IMG/VR virus record: IMGVR_UViG_3300025160_000004
Coordinates: 1-45,149 of that record
DNA length: 45,149 bases
Direction: 5' to 3' (one strand)
Source of the DNA: a virus
Taxonomy: Duplodnaviria > Caudoviricetes
Position 1 is the stretch's first letter; each line of letters starts with the position of its first letter. Shown piece after piece: positions 34,050 through 42,770 of the stretch. The notes beneath the pieces are model-generated. The model saw only the letters and a program-made list of their open reading frames with translations. It searched no databases and was not told the DNA's origin. Both the position numbers and the translations under genes were made by a program.

Positions 34050-34942
34050 TACTCGCCGCCCCGTTCACGTTGCACCTGTGCGGTCGCCTCTGCGCTGCTC
34101 ATGCCAGCCGCTTTCAGTTCTTCCCAGCGGTCAGCGTCAGAGATGCCGGGCTGGCGTTTCGGTAGCGCTGCAGCGCCTGCCGGTGGTGGGGCGCCGCGAA
34201 GTTCGCCAACGGTGCCGGTTGGTGCGCTCGCTGCTTTCGGCGCACTGGGAGCCATTGAGCCATAGCCGAAACTGATCGCCGCGTTCGGCGGCTTCGGCGG
34301 TGCCAGCTTCGTTCCATATGCAGCGTCGGCTTCCTCTTGCGCCTGACGCAGTGCAGCATCGCGCGAGAGGCCGGGGACCGGATCGTTGTCGATGTCGCCT
34401 CGCGTGCCTTTCGTCAATTCGATGACACGGCTGGCGACGTACTTTCGTGCCTCGTCGTCGTAACTTGCACTTAGCGATGGTGCGGGTGGCGGCCTGTTCT
34501 GGTTCCGCATCCGCGCCAATTCTTCCTGTGCTTTCAGATATTCAGGAGAGCCCAGTACTGGCGCGCGTGGCGTCGGCTCTGGCAAATAGACATCGCCGGG
34601 GTCTACACCGTTCTCAATCGCAGCCCGCTGCTCTGGTGTGCCACCACGCGACTGTGCGAGCGCAGTGCGGCCTGCTGCAACCTGATCGCGCTGCGCCTGC
34701 GCCTGCGCATCCATGCGCGCCTGACGTTCTGCTGTCGCCCGCTGCTGCGCCTTCTGCGCTGCCCGGTCTTCTTTCTCCATCATGAACATTTCCAGCGCGA
34801 GCTTGTCCAATTCAGCCTGACGCTGAGCTTTCGCTTCGTCCGCCTGACGACGACGCACGACCTCCTGGCCTTGCAGCTTGCCTCTGATCGCGCCAGCGCG
34901 AGCGCGAGCCAGAACGCCAAAGTTGATCGGGGGGAACGCCAT
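34049..34942 (-). CDS. putative ejection protein
   Basis: Q/A/R-rich helical protein; synteny. Confidence 0.55.
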   Translation of the reverse strand: MAFPPINFGVLARARAGAIRGKLQGQEVVRRRQADEAKAQRQAELDKLALEMFMMEKEDRAAQKAQQRATAERQARMDAQAQAQRDQVAAGRTALAQSRGGTPEQRAAIENGVDPGDVYLPEPTPRAPVLGSPEYLKAQEELARMRNQNRPPPAPSLSASYDDEARKYVASRVIELTKGTRGDIDNDPVPGLSRDAALRQAQEEADAAYGTKLAPPKPPNAAISFGYGSMAPSAPKAASAPTGTVGELRGAPPPAGAAALPKRQPGISDADRWEELKAAGMSSAEATAQVQRERGGE

Positions 34943-37182
34943 CAGAATCGTATCGGTACGGGTCTACCCGTTACCGGGTCAATCTGGTTGCCATACTGAT
35001 CGTAACCGGGGCGCGGTGCCGGCCGGCCAGTACCCACGCTATCGCGCGCGTCCTGTTCTGCCAGATCGGCCAGCGAGGCATTGGTGTCCCTCGCCTGGTT
35101 GCCCCAGTAATCGGCCGCGTCACCATATGCGCCTACCGGTGAACCTTGCGCGCCAGTATTGTAAATATCGAGCCCGCGGCGCACACGAGAATTGAGCAAT
35201 GCATCCTCGTCAAACGTCTGGTTACGCGAATTGTCGATATTGCGCTGATCTTCGCCGCGCTGGTATCCACGCTCGCCCCTCAGCTCGTCACGCCCGCGCT
35301 CGCCGCGATTATAAATACCCTCTTCGTAACCCGCCAAATCACTGAGGCTTGCACGACCGCGGTCGTACAACTCGTCGTCACGGGAAAGCGCGGCATCCCG
35401 TTCGCCCACGTCTCGACCGTAACGGCCTTCCTCAATTCCAAGCTGGTCAAAACCGTAGCGCCGCTCCCGGTCTGCCTTGTCCATTTCTGCGCTGTATTGA
35501 TCGCCACCGACCTTGTACCGCGTGTCGCGCTCTGCTGTCGCGTCACCATAGGCGTCCCGCCCAGCACCATAGCGCTTGTCGCGCTCTGAGACTCCCTGCT
35601 CATACGCGGTCTGGCCAGCACCGTAGCGCTTATCGCGCTCTGAGACCGAATCACCATACTGATCCCGACCTACGCCATACTCGGTATCGCGCTCTGCTGT
35701 CGCGTCACCATAGGCGTCCCGCCCAGCACCATAGCGCTTGTCGCGCTCTGAGACTCCCTGCTCATACGCGGTCTGGCCCGCGCCGTAGCGCTTGTCGCGC
35801 TCTGAGACTCCCTGCTCATACGCGGTCTGGCCCGCGCCGTAGCGCTTGTCGCGCTCTGACACTGCTTGCCCATACGCGGTCTGGCCCGCGTTGTAAGCCT
35901 TGTCCCTTTCCGAAACCATGTCACCGTACTGGTCGCGGTCCACGCCGTAGGCCTGATCCCCGATACTCTGCGCGCCCTGAATGCCGCGTGAAAGCGTATC
36001 GCGATTGAAGCCGGCCGCAGCAAGTTTGTTGCTAAATGCAGAGTCAGACGACGCACGGCCAGCGCTCGCAGCGCCCAAATCCAGATTGCCGCCAGACGAT
36101 GCAACATCGGACGCCAGGCGCACGCGGTCCTGAATGTCCTGCATGGTCTCGCCGGCTGCGCGCGTCCCCAGCTCTTGCCGGGCCAGACTTAATTCCCGCT
36201 CCCGCTGGCTATTTACATCGGTCAGGTCGTTCGTCGTGAGTCCTGCGCCCACCCTGCCTAGCGCGCCAGCCTTCTGTGCCACGCCTCTAATGCGCTGATC
36301 AAACTCCGGCTGCCCGCGCTGGACCAGTTGGTCGTATGCATCAGACGCAAGCTTTACACGATCCGGCGAACTAAACGACGACTCGAGCCCTTGCGCCGCT
36401 AGCTCTCGAGCGCGCCCAACGTCGCCGCCGAATGACACGCCCCCGGTACCGGATCCAGCATCAACCGAAAACTCACCACCGCTACCAGCGCCGGAGAGTA
36501 GTCGCGCATTCGCATCGCTGGCCAGCTTGATCTGCGCGTTGGTACGCGATGCGTCCATTGGCCCAACGCTACCGAGCGTGGCAGATGGGGCCACGCTGCC
36601 AAGTCCCGCTGCTGGCCCCACGCTGCCCAGCCCCGCTGCTGGCCCCACGCTGCCCAGCCCCGCTGCTGGCGCTACACCTTTGTAACTTGGTCCCGATGCT
36701 ATGTCACCGAGGCCCTTTGCCGCTTTTACAAAACCAAGACCTGCGGCCGGCGCCACGTTCTCATAGCCGGGCACCTGTGCGCCCTGCTGTCTCTGGTTCG
36801 CATTAGCGAGAGCGGAGGTCGTAACAGCCGTGTTTACCGGCGCGACTGGCTGAAACGGCATCGGCGTGGATCCGGCAAGTTTTGCGGCCGCCTGATCGGT
36901 GTAGCCTTCCGCCGTTGTCTGACGCGGCGTGACGCCTGGTGTAATCTGCGTGCCAACGAGATTGTTGTCCGCACCGAACGAGGTGACCTGAGCCCCAGGA
37001 TATGACAGCGCTTCAGTAGTCGTCCCCGGTGTATTCGGTGGTTGAACATCAGATGCGAGCCTGAGCGCACCTGTAGCGTTCCTGGCTGCCGTTTGTGCCA
37101 CTCCTGCCGCAGTGTCCGCAGCAGTATTCACGGCAGCAGTCGCGCGCCTTGCGTCACGGCGCTGTCGAAGTGAAAGCGACAT
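34942..37182 (-). CDS. putative ejection protein with two repeat arrays
   Basis: 746 aa; GALGRVG core; 9-aa and 18-aa repeats. Confidence 0.6.
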   Translation of the reverse strand: MSLSLRQRRDARRATAAVNTAADTAAGVAQTAARNATGALRLASDVQPPNTPGTTTEALSYPGAQVTSFGADNNLVGTQITPGVTPRQTTAEGYTDQAAAKLAGSTPMPFQPVAPVNTAVTTSALANANQRQQGAQVPGYENVAPAAGLGFVKAAKGLGDIASGPSYKGVAPAAGLGSVGPAAGLGSVGPAAGLGSVAPSATLGSVGPMDASRTNAQIKLASDANARLLSGAGSGGEFSVDAGSGTGGVSFGGDVGRARELAAQGLESSFSSPDRVKLASDAYDQLVQRGQPEFDQRIRGVAQKAGALGRVGAGLTTNDLTDVNSQRERELSLARQELGTRAAGETMQDIQDRVRLASDVASSGGNLDLGAASAGRASSDSAFSNKLAAAGFNRDTLSRGIQGAQSIGDQAYGVDRDQYGDMVSERDKAYNAGQTAYGQAVSERDKRYGAGQTAYEQGVSERDKRYGAGQTAYEQGVSERDKRYGAGRDAYGDATAERDTEYGVGRDQYGDSVSERDKRYGAGQTAYEQGVSERDKRYGAGRDAYGDATAERDTRYKVGGDQYSAEMDKADRERRYGFDQLGIEEGRYGRDVGERDAALSRDDELYDRGRASLSDLAGYEEGIYNRGERGRDELRGERGYQRGEDQRNIDNSRNQTFDEDALLNSRVRRGLDIYNTGAQGSPVGAYGDAADYWGNQARDTNASLADLAEQDARDSVGTGRPAPRPGYDQYGNQIDPVTGRPVPIRF
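35506..35937 (-). repeat. 8 x 54-bp (18-aa) coding tandem repeat
   Basis: QTAYEQGVSERDKRYGAG-type units. Confidence 0.9.
36550..36765 (-). repeat. 8 x 27-bp (9-aa) coding tandem repeat
   Basis: LGSVGPAAG-type units. Confidence 0.85.
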
Positions 37183-37661
37183 CAGATAAGCCCTTTCCGC
37201 CGCGCGGCTTCGAGTACGCGAGGACTCGGGCCGCGCGATATCGGTGCTATAGGTGGACGTGCGGCGAATGCGTTAGCGCTCCGATACTGTTGCGACAAGT
37301 CGGGCGCCTGCATGTCAGACAGCAGGCGCAACCCTGTGGTACGCAGTGGTGCGCGTTCTGCGTATTGCCCTTCAGCCTGACCAACCGCCTTTCCCTGATA
37401 ACGGTCAGCGCGCCCCTGCTGCTGCATTCCCTGGTAGGCTGATGCGAGCTGTAAGCCGGTATTGGCAAGCTTGCCAATATTGAGCGCACTACCCCCAGGG
37501 ATAAGGCTACCCACAAGTGCGCGCGCATGATCCCCCGTGTTGCCGCCAGAGAGCGCCGAACCGCCGATAGCGGCAACCTGACGAAGGCCGGGAGGCAATA
37601 CGTTACTAGCGAGCTTCAGGCCTCCGCCCACAATCTTGCCGAGTTTTTTCCAAAAACTCAT
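37182..37661 (-). CDS. putative pilot/ejection protein (P22 gp7-like position)
   Basis: Amphipathic G-rich N-terminus MSFWKKLGKIVGGG. Confidence 0.55.
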   Translation of the reverse strand: MSFWKKLGKIVGGGLKLASNVLPPGLRQVAAIGGSALSGGNTGDHARALVGSLIPGGSALNIGKLANTGLQLASAYQGMQQQGRADRYQGKAVGQAEGQYAERAPLRTTGLRLLSDMQAPDLSQQYRSANAFAARPPIAPISRGPSPRVLEAARRKGLI

Positions 37662-38080
37662 GTAACCGTCCCGCGTGTACTCAGAATTAACCAATTGGAC
37701 GCGTCGGAAATCAGCATCACTGTGGCATACTGATCGTCCAGCGAAAGCGAGGTCGCGCCGTCAAAGGTCGATGTAGAATCCACTACTATGGCATTCGCAC
37801 CGCTATTCATGCGCTTGATAACCTTGATTTGTCTCGGCATCGTGTTCGCAGCGGGGAGCGTCACCGTGAATGCGCCGCCTGTGGCATCAGCTAAGACAAG
37901 GAAATCATCCCGCAAAACCTCATAGGCGGCGGTCACGTCATGGCGGTTCCCTTGCAGTGGCGCATTCACCACTGGCGTGAGTTGCGGCAGACGCCGGTTA
38001 TGGTACCTGATGTATTCGGACAATTCCATACCGGCCGACACTGTTTGGTAGTCCCACTGAGGCTTGGTGCTATGGGGCAT
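37658..38080 (-). CDS. virion structural protein (tail-associated beta domain)
   Basis: DATGGAFTVTLPAA...IK...SDASNW motif common in phage fibre proteins. Confidence 0.55.
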   Translation of the reverse strand: MPHSTKPQWDYQTVSAGMELSEYIRYHNRRLPQLTPVVNAPLQGNRHDVTAAYEVLRDDFLVLADATGGAFTVTLPAANTMPRQIKVIKRMNSGANAIVVDSTSTFDGATSLSLDDQYATVMLISDASNWLILSTRGTVT

Positions 38081-38270
38081 CGGGCAGCTCCACCGTCAGC
38101 GTATTTCCCACGGTGCTGAACGCCCTGAGTTGTGCGCCGTCGCCAATACCGTGGCCAGCTACAATCGCCGAGAATGCGACAGACAACGATTGCTCACACT
38201 GCACCTTTGCGGCGTGCAGGTTCGTGAATAGCGCCATCTGCTGCTCCGTGACCTCGAGAGTCCGCATCAT
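38070..38270 (-). CDS. small hypothetical protein (possible fibre chaperone)
   Basis: Follows the fibre gene. Confidence 0.5.
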   Translation of the reverse strand: MMRTLEVTEQQMALFTNLHAAKVQCEQSLSVAFSAIVAGHGIGDGAQLRAFSTVGNTLTVELPDAP

Positions 38271-39013
38271 GTGTTCGGCACCGCGAGAGTTACAGCCTTA
38301 AGCCCAGCGCCACCGCTGTCGTTGGCGCCCACAGTGATCGTCATTAGAACGTTGTTCATGATCAGTTGTAGGAAGTTCAGGGCGTCCGTATACACGTTCG
38401 CCCATCGGTTGTCGCCAGTCCCGTTATTCTGGTCCGCATTGGTTGTCGGCCAAAAACTCCCAGCTATGGTAGCGTTCCCGATAATCGCCCACTGGTTGCC
38501 GGCTCCGGTGATGCTCGCTGTGCCTTGGACAAGGTTGCATGACGTGGTGGCAGTAAGTGAGATGGTCGTTACAGAGGTTCCCACGATGAACGTCCCGTCA
38601 TGATGGGAGACGTTGCCGGTTGTTTCCATTCCGCCGGACGTAATCGTGAGCTTCCCGCCGCCGGTTATTGTGCTCGTGACTGTAAGAGTTGCGGAGACCG
38701 TGACCGTAGCAAGGGCGGCGGTTCCTGACGATGTGATGCCGGTGAGCGAGCCAAGCGTACCCGCGATTGTTGAATTACCAGTAACCGCGATGCCATTGGC
38801 TGTGATCGTCAGAGTACTGGCTATCGTGATCGCAGTTGAGAATACGGGCGCAGTCGTGAACGTGTAGACAGCCGTGACTGTCCGCGCCTCATCGGAAAAC
38901 ATGCCGTGAGAGATCAGCTTATCGCTTAGCCCCGTAACAAAGTACGTATTGTGAAATGCGCTCGTGACGAGATCGGAACCGCTTCTGGTTGGAATCGCGG
39001 TAGTCGTTGACAT
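38267..39013 (-). CDS. tail fibre/needle-like protein
   Basis: T/G/S-rich beta repeats; NRWANVY motif. Confidence 0.6.
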   Translation of the reverse strand: MSTTTAIPTRSGSDLVTSAFHNTYFVTGLSDKLISHGMFSDEARTVTAVYTFTTAPVFSTAITIASTLTITANGIAVTGNSTIAGTLGSLTGITSSGTAALATVTVSATLTVTSTITGGGKLTITSGGMETTGNVSHHDGTFIVGTSVTTISLTATTSCNLVQGTASITGAGNQWAIIGNATIAGSFWPTTNADQNNGTGDNRWANVYTDALNFLQLIMNNVLMTITVGANDSGGAGLKAVTLAVPNT

Positions 39014-39014
39014 C

Positions 39015-40631
39015 CTATTTCACCGTCCGGTCTCTCGTTGTCAGTAGCGCGACCGCTTCCCACGATGTGAACGAGAACCGTTCACCCAGTGCGGAATGAC
39101 GGAGAATGGGTTGCAGCCAGCGACCATGACCCGAAATCCCCACAGTTTGCCGCGACTCTATCAGCGAATCGTCAGCATAGAAAAACGTGTCATAGGCCTT
39201 AGTGTTGTAGAGCGTGCCCCCGGCCCCCTCGAAGCCCACAGAGATAGGCGTCGATGTGCCTCGCGGCGTCACGTAGCTGCTATCGGCCGTGATGGGTTCG
39301 GGAAGCGAGAGGACAATATCCACGCGGTCCCATGTCTTCTCGGCTACCATACTGGGTCCCCAGGGGTGCCCTTGCACTTCATGGATAATCGCAAGCGTTG
39401 CGGTCGGGTAAACATCATCCCACACTTGGCCGTCCGGCGCTCCATGCTCATATGCAAAGCCGTCCGCAATGCCCAGGTGGAACCACACCGGGGCCCCGGA
39501 TGCGTTCTCAGCGATGCAGGAATCGGCAGACAAAAATCCGGTGAACACGCCTACCAGATCGGGTATCGTCCCGCTCTGCTTATCGATCCGATACACGAGC
39601 CACATGCTCGGATTAGTCTGCCCCAACTCGGGCAATCCAATAAGCACGGCACTCATTGGCGTGTATTCGAGAATGGCCGCGCTCGGAAGTGCGGTCTTTA
39701 CGACGTTCTTTATGGTCTCCTTGCAATCTTCCCAGAGCGGTATTGGCTGCCCGCCCGGTTGGAAATAGTGCGGCTGACCATCAGCGTTCACGAAGAAGAT
39801 GCCAGCGTCCGTCACCTTCACAGGTGATAGAGTGCCCTCTGATTCACTTACACTGGATCGCGTACCCGTAGTCTGGAACTCGTCGTTAACGCGACCAGTG
39901 ATTGAGAGGATGCCGCGAGAGCGGAAAGCGTAAAGAGCTTCGTTAGTAGCGGCGAGTGCGTAGAACGGACCAGCGCCCAGCGGCGTCCATGAATTGTTGT
40001 AGCCGCCAGCTTCATAGCCAGTATTGAATGCAGCTTCCTCTGACCATGCGAACGTGTCTCGCTCAGTGCCCTTGATTACAAATGCCTTTGCGTAGTGATT
40101 GACTGGCTCGCCGTAGGTGACTGGTACGTTCGTGCCTTCGACAATTCCGCCAGCGCCAGCGGTACCATCCCAGGTGAACGGGACATTGATACCGTCAGAG
40201 ATAATTATCACGCCCTGATACGAAGCTGTCCGAATGCGGGCGGACACAGAGAGAATGCAGCTAGCCGATGTGATATTAGCTTGCGTGACTACACTGGCCC
40301 AGAGCGATGTTGCAAAGTCGTATTCATAGATGATGCCGTCAACGATTGCATTGAGGTGCCCGACGCCTGCGGTTGTTTTCCAGAAGAAAATGGCCTGACC
40401 GACAGCGGCACCAGAACCCATCGCAGCATCGCCGGTCAGGCCGCGATATGTGAAACCGGGACGACCGACTACGGGAGTACCGGGAGGACCGGGAGGCACA
40501 TATGCATTTAATAGCACACGCGCCCTATCGTTTCGCGATGCGGCAGGTGCAATGGAATCCGTCATTCCCGTATACAACCCGGCCTGATATGGCGGTAGTT
40601 CACGCGGATACCACGGCAATGACGTTCTCAT
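39015..40631 (-). CDS. tail hub/nozzle protein (P22 gp10-like)
   Basis: 538 aa, beta-propeller-like; RPG near the N-terminus; follows the adaptor. Confidence 0.65.
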   Translation of the reverse strand: MRTSLPWYPRELPPYQAGLYTGMTDSIAPAASRNDRARVLLNAYVPPGPPGTPVVGRPGFTYRGLTGDAAMGSGAAVGQAIFFWKTTAGVGHLNAIVDGIIYEYDFATSLWASVVTQANITSASCILSVSARIRTASYQGVIIISDGINVPFTWDGTAGAGGIVEGTNVPVTYGEPVNHYAKAFVIKGTERDTFAWSEEAAFNTGYEAGGYNNSWTPLGAGPFYALAATNEALYAFRSRGILSITGRVNDEFQTTGTRSSVSESEGTLSPVKVTDAGIFFVNADGQPHYFQPGGQPIPLWEDCKETIKNVVKTALPSAAILEYTPMSAVLIGLPELGQTNPSMWLVYRIDKQSGTIPDLVGVFTGFLSADSCIAENASGAPVWFHLGIADGFAYEHGAPDGQVWDDVYPTATLAIIHEVQGHPWGPSMVAEKTWDRVDIVLSLPEPITADSSYVTPRGTSTPISVGFEGAGGTLYNTKAYDTFFYADDSLIESRQTVGISGHGRWLQPILRHSALGERFSFTSWEAVALLTTRDRTVK

Positions 40632-41308
40632 ACGTTACTTGCCGCGATAGCGTCGATGTAACGTATGTTAGCCCAGTCGCGCGGATGAGATGGTGCGTTG
40701 TGCTGTCGCTTCCATATCCACAAGTACGTCCCGCGATTTTCGGCAGGACACCAGAGCTTTTTCAGTTCCATTGTAAACGGCGTTGGGTCCATCTCACCAC
40801 CGACAGCGCACCAATTCTCCAACGCCTTCCACACGATTATCAGCCGCGCGTCTTTCGGCTTGATACGCGCAATCGGTTCGACGCTCGCTGATATCGCTGT
40901 AGCTGGAGTAATGAACCTTGCATACGGCGTTGCCGTTCCGGTTCGACCGTTCGGCACTCTGATCCGATCGCCCTCAATTACAAAGTCGCCAGTACCGCGC
41001 GAGAATGTCGTCGCGTACATCTCACGCCCCTGCGCGGTGGCATACACCTCCGCATATGGTGGGAAGATCGGATCACCCGCTGCGTCGTCGCCAAACTCAT
41101 AGGTAAGGCCCGAGTCCGGCGTCGTCATCACAACAGGAGCGCCGAGCAACATTTGCGGGCAGTGCGATGCTATCTCGCCAACTAACCAGGCTTGCGCCTC
41201 AGACAGCAAGGTATACACGCCGGCCGTGTCCAACTTTTCGTCGGCAGTTGGACGGCGCTGGTAGCGCTTGAATCGTGCGAGCAGATCGGCAGAATCGTAA
41301 TCGGCCAC
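40628..41308 (-). CDS. head-tail adaptor protein (putative)
   Basis: LL.R...LLSEAQ helical N-terminus; synteny. Confidence 0.6.
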   Translation of the reverse strand: MADYDSADLLARFKRYQRRPTADEKLDTAGVYTLLSEAQAWLVGEIASHCPQMLLGAPVVMTTPDSGLTYEFGDDAAGDPIFPPYAEVYATAQGREMYATTFSRGTGDFVIEGDRIRVPNGRTGTATPYARFITPATAISASVEPIARIKPKDARLIIVWKALENWCAVGGEMDPTPFTMELKKLWCPAENRGTYLWIWKRQHNAPSHPRDWANIRYIDAIAASNV

Positions 41309-41311
41309 AGC

Positions 41312-41437
41312 TCAAAACCTTGCCGCGATAGCGCGGCGCCGGCGTGCGAATACGAGCGCAGTCATGCCCGGCCCCGTTTCTTCGGCAGCTTCCCCCTCGA
41401 ACGTGAATACGAAGGGCAGGAACATCCACAGATACAT
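41312..41437 (-). CDS. small protein (41 aa) with an Arg-rich C-terminus
   Basis: Fills the gap between two structural genes. Confidence 0.45.
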   Translation of the reverse strand: MYLWMFLPFVFTFEGEAAEETGPGMTALVFARRRRAIAARF

Positions 41438-41439
41438 CG

Positions 41440-42270
41440 CTACGGCCCCGCCGGATCGGACGCCGTAACTGCGGGCGTGCCTGTGATAGCAGTCGTCCAC
41501 GATGCGGTCGCGTCATCTTCCTTTGTGATCGTGACAGTGCCGCCCGATTCGCTTACCTTGTTGCGGAGCGCGCGCAGCGCTTGCCGCACTGTACGTACAG
41601 TTGTCGATCCTGAATCGGTGCCAGTCGCCATATCGCGATTGAGCATCGCATCTGCAATCGCAGCCAGCACCGTAGCATTGAGCGAAACAACGCCGTCCGA
41701 CTTGGGAACCTTTGCCAGATCACTGGTGAGCGCGGCAACCTCCGTGTCCAACAGATCATCGATTGTGTCGATGGCTGTAGCAATTGTCGTGAGTGCGGAA
41801 AGCACAGCATCGTCCGCTGTACCGAGTGCAGTCGACAACTCTGCATTCGTCGGCAGATCAGCAATCGCCGCCGCGTGGTCTACGCTCTGTCCTACTGCGG
41901 TGTACGGATTGCCAGCGGTGAGCGGGATCTTCACCGGCACGATCTCCTTGCCCGCGAGAATGCCGCCGACGATTACATACTTGGGTGAACCGGACGCCGC
42001 ACACGTAGCATCGACAACATCAACCCGCGCCAGCCCCGGTATTTCGATGTACGGCTCAACGCCACCATCAGCGTGCGCGGCATCGAGTCCGGCCAACGCC
42101 TGAATAGATGAGGTCATGTCAACCTCGACTGCGCCCTCGCGCCGGTACCAGAGTTCGAGCCCCGCCGTATCGTGATTCAGCGCGAACGGCACACCGTCCG
42201 CAATGGTGAAGCAGTAGAGGTCAATACTGACATCGGTAGCGCCCAAGACTTGAGGGATGTCTATTTTCAT
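41440..42270 (-). CDS. virion structural protein
   Basis: N-terminal beta domain, helical shaft and conserved-looking TVRQALRALRN C-terminus. Confidence 0.6.
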   Translation of the reverse strand: MKIDIPQVLGATDVSIDLYCFTIADGVPFALNHDTAGLELWYRREGAVEVDMTSSIQALAGLDAAHADGGVEPYIEIPGLARVDVVDATCAASGSPKYVIVGGILAGKEIVPVKIPLTAGNPYTAVGQSVDHAAAIADLPTNAELSTALGTADDAVLSALTTIATAIDTIDDLLDTEVAALTSDLAKVPKSDGVVSLNATVLAAIADAMLNRDMATGTDSGSTTVRTVRQALRALRNKVSESGGTVTITKEDDATASWTTAITGTPAVTASDPAGP

Positions 42271-42273
42271 TAC

Positions 42274-42770
42274 TCACATCCTATGTTGCATTAGTGTCGC
42301 GACTGGCGAACCGCCGCCGAGGTCGCCGCCCTCGAGGTTGTCCCACGAACGCCCGGCGCCGAGCAAGCCGATACCAACCTCGCCATCGCAACACCATCCG
42401 CTACAGCATCGTTGATCGCAATCAGGCCTGCTGCGTAGTAGTCGCCTGCGGCGCCCTTGCGAATCTTGAGATTGTTCACGGCCTCGCTAACGAGCAAATA
42501 GCTATTGACAAGCGAGTCCACGATATCAACGCCGCTCATTCGTACATGCAGTGGCGCGAAGGTACCGTCCCCACCGATGACGGCCTGTACGTACTGGTCG
42601 GCGCCAATAACCGGATCGACCACTGCATACTGGGCGCCCGGGTAGTCTCCGTTGGTGCCAGAGACAGCAACAGCCACACCACTGTCACGCTCAATTACCC
42701 CGAGCGTGCGCCGCTCCAAATTCGCCGCTAATGCGCCAGTGCCCGCAAAGTCGTCAGTGTAGGTCGCCAT
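42274..42770 (-). pseudogene. beta-sandwich structural gene with a probable deletion and frameshift near 42390
   Basis: The -1 frame carries DGEVGIGLLGAGRSWDNLEGGDL...* and ends 3 nt before the next start. Confidence 0.55.

Noticed and set aside
35506-35937. CRISPR array or DGR repeat
   Set aside because: These are in-frame tandem coding repeats without unique spacers. No cas or reverse transcriptase gene is seen anywhere.
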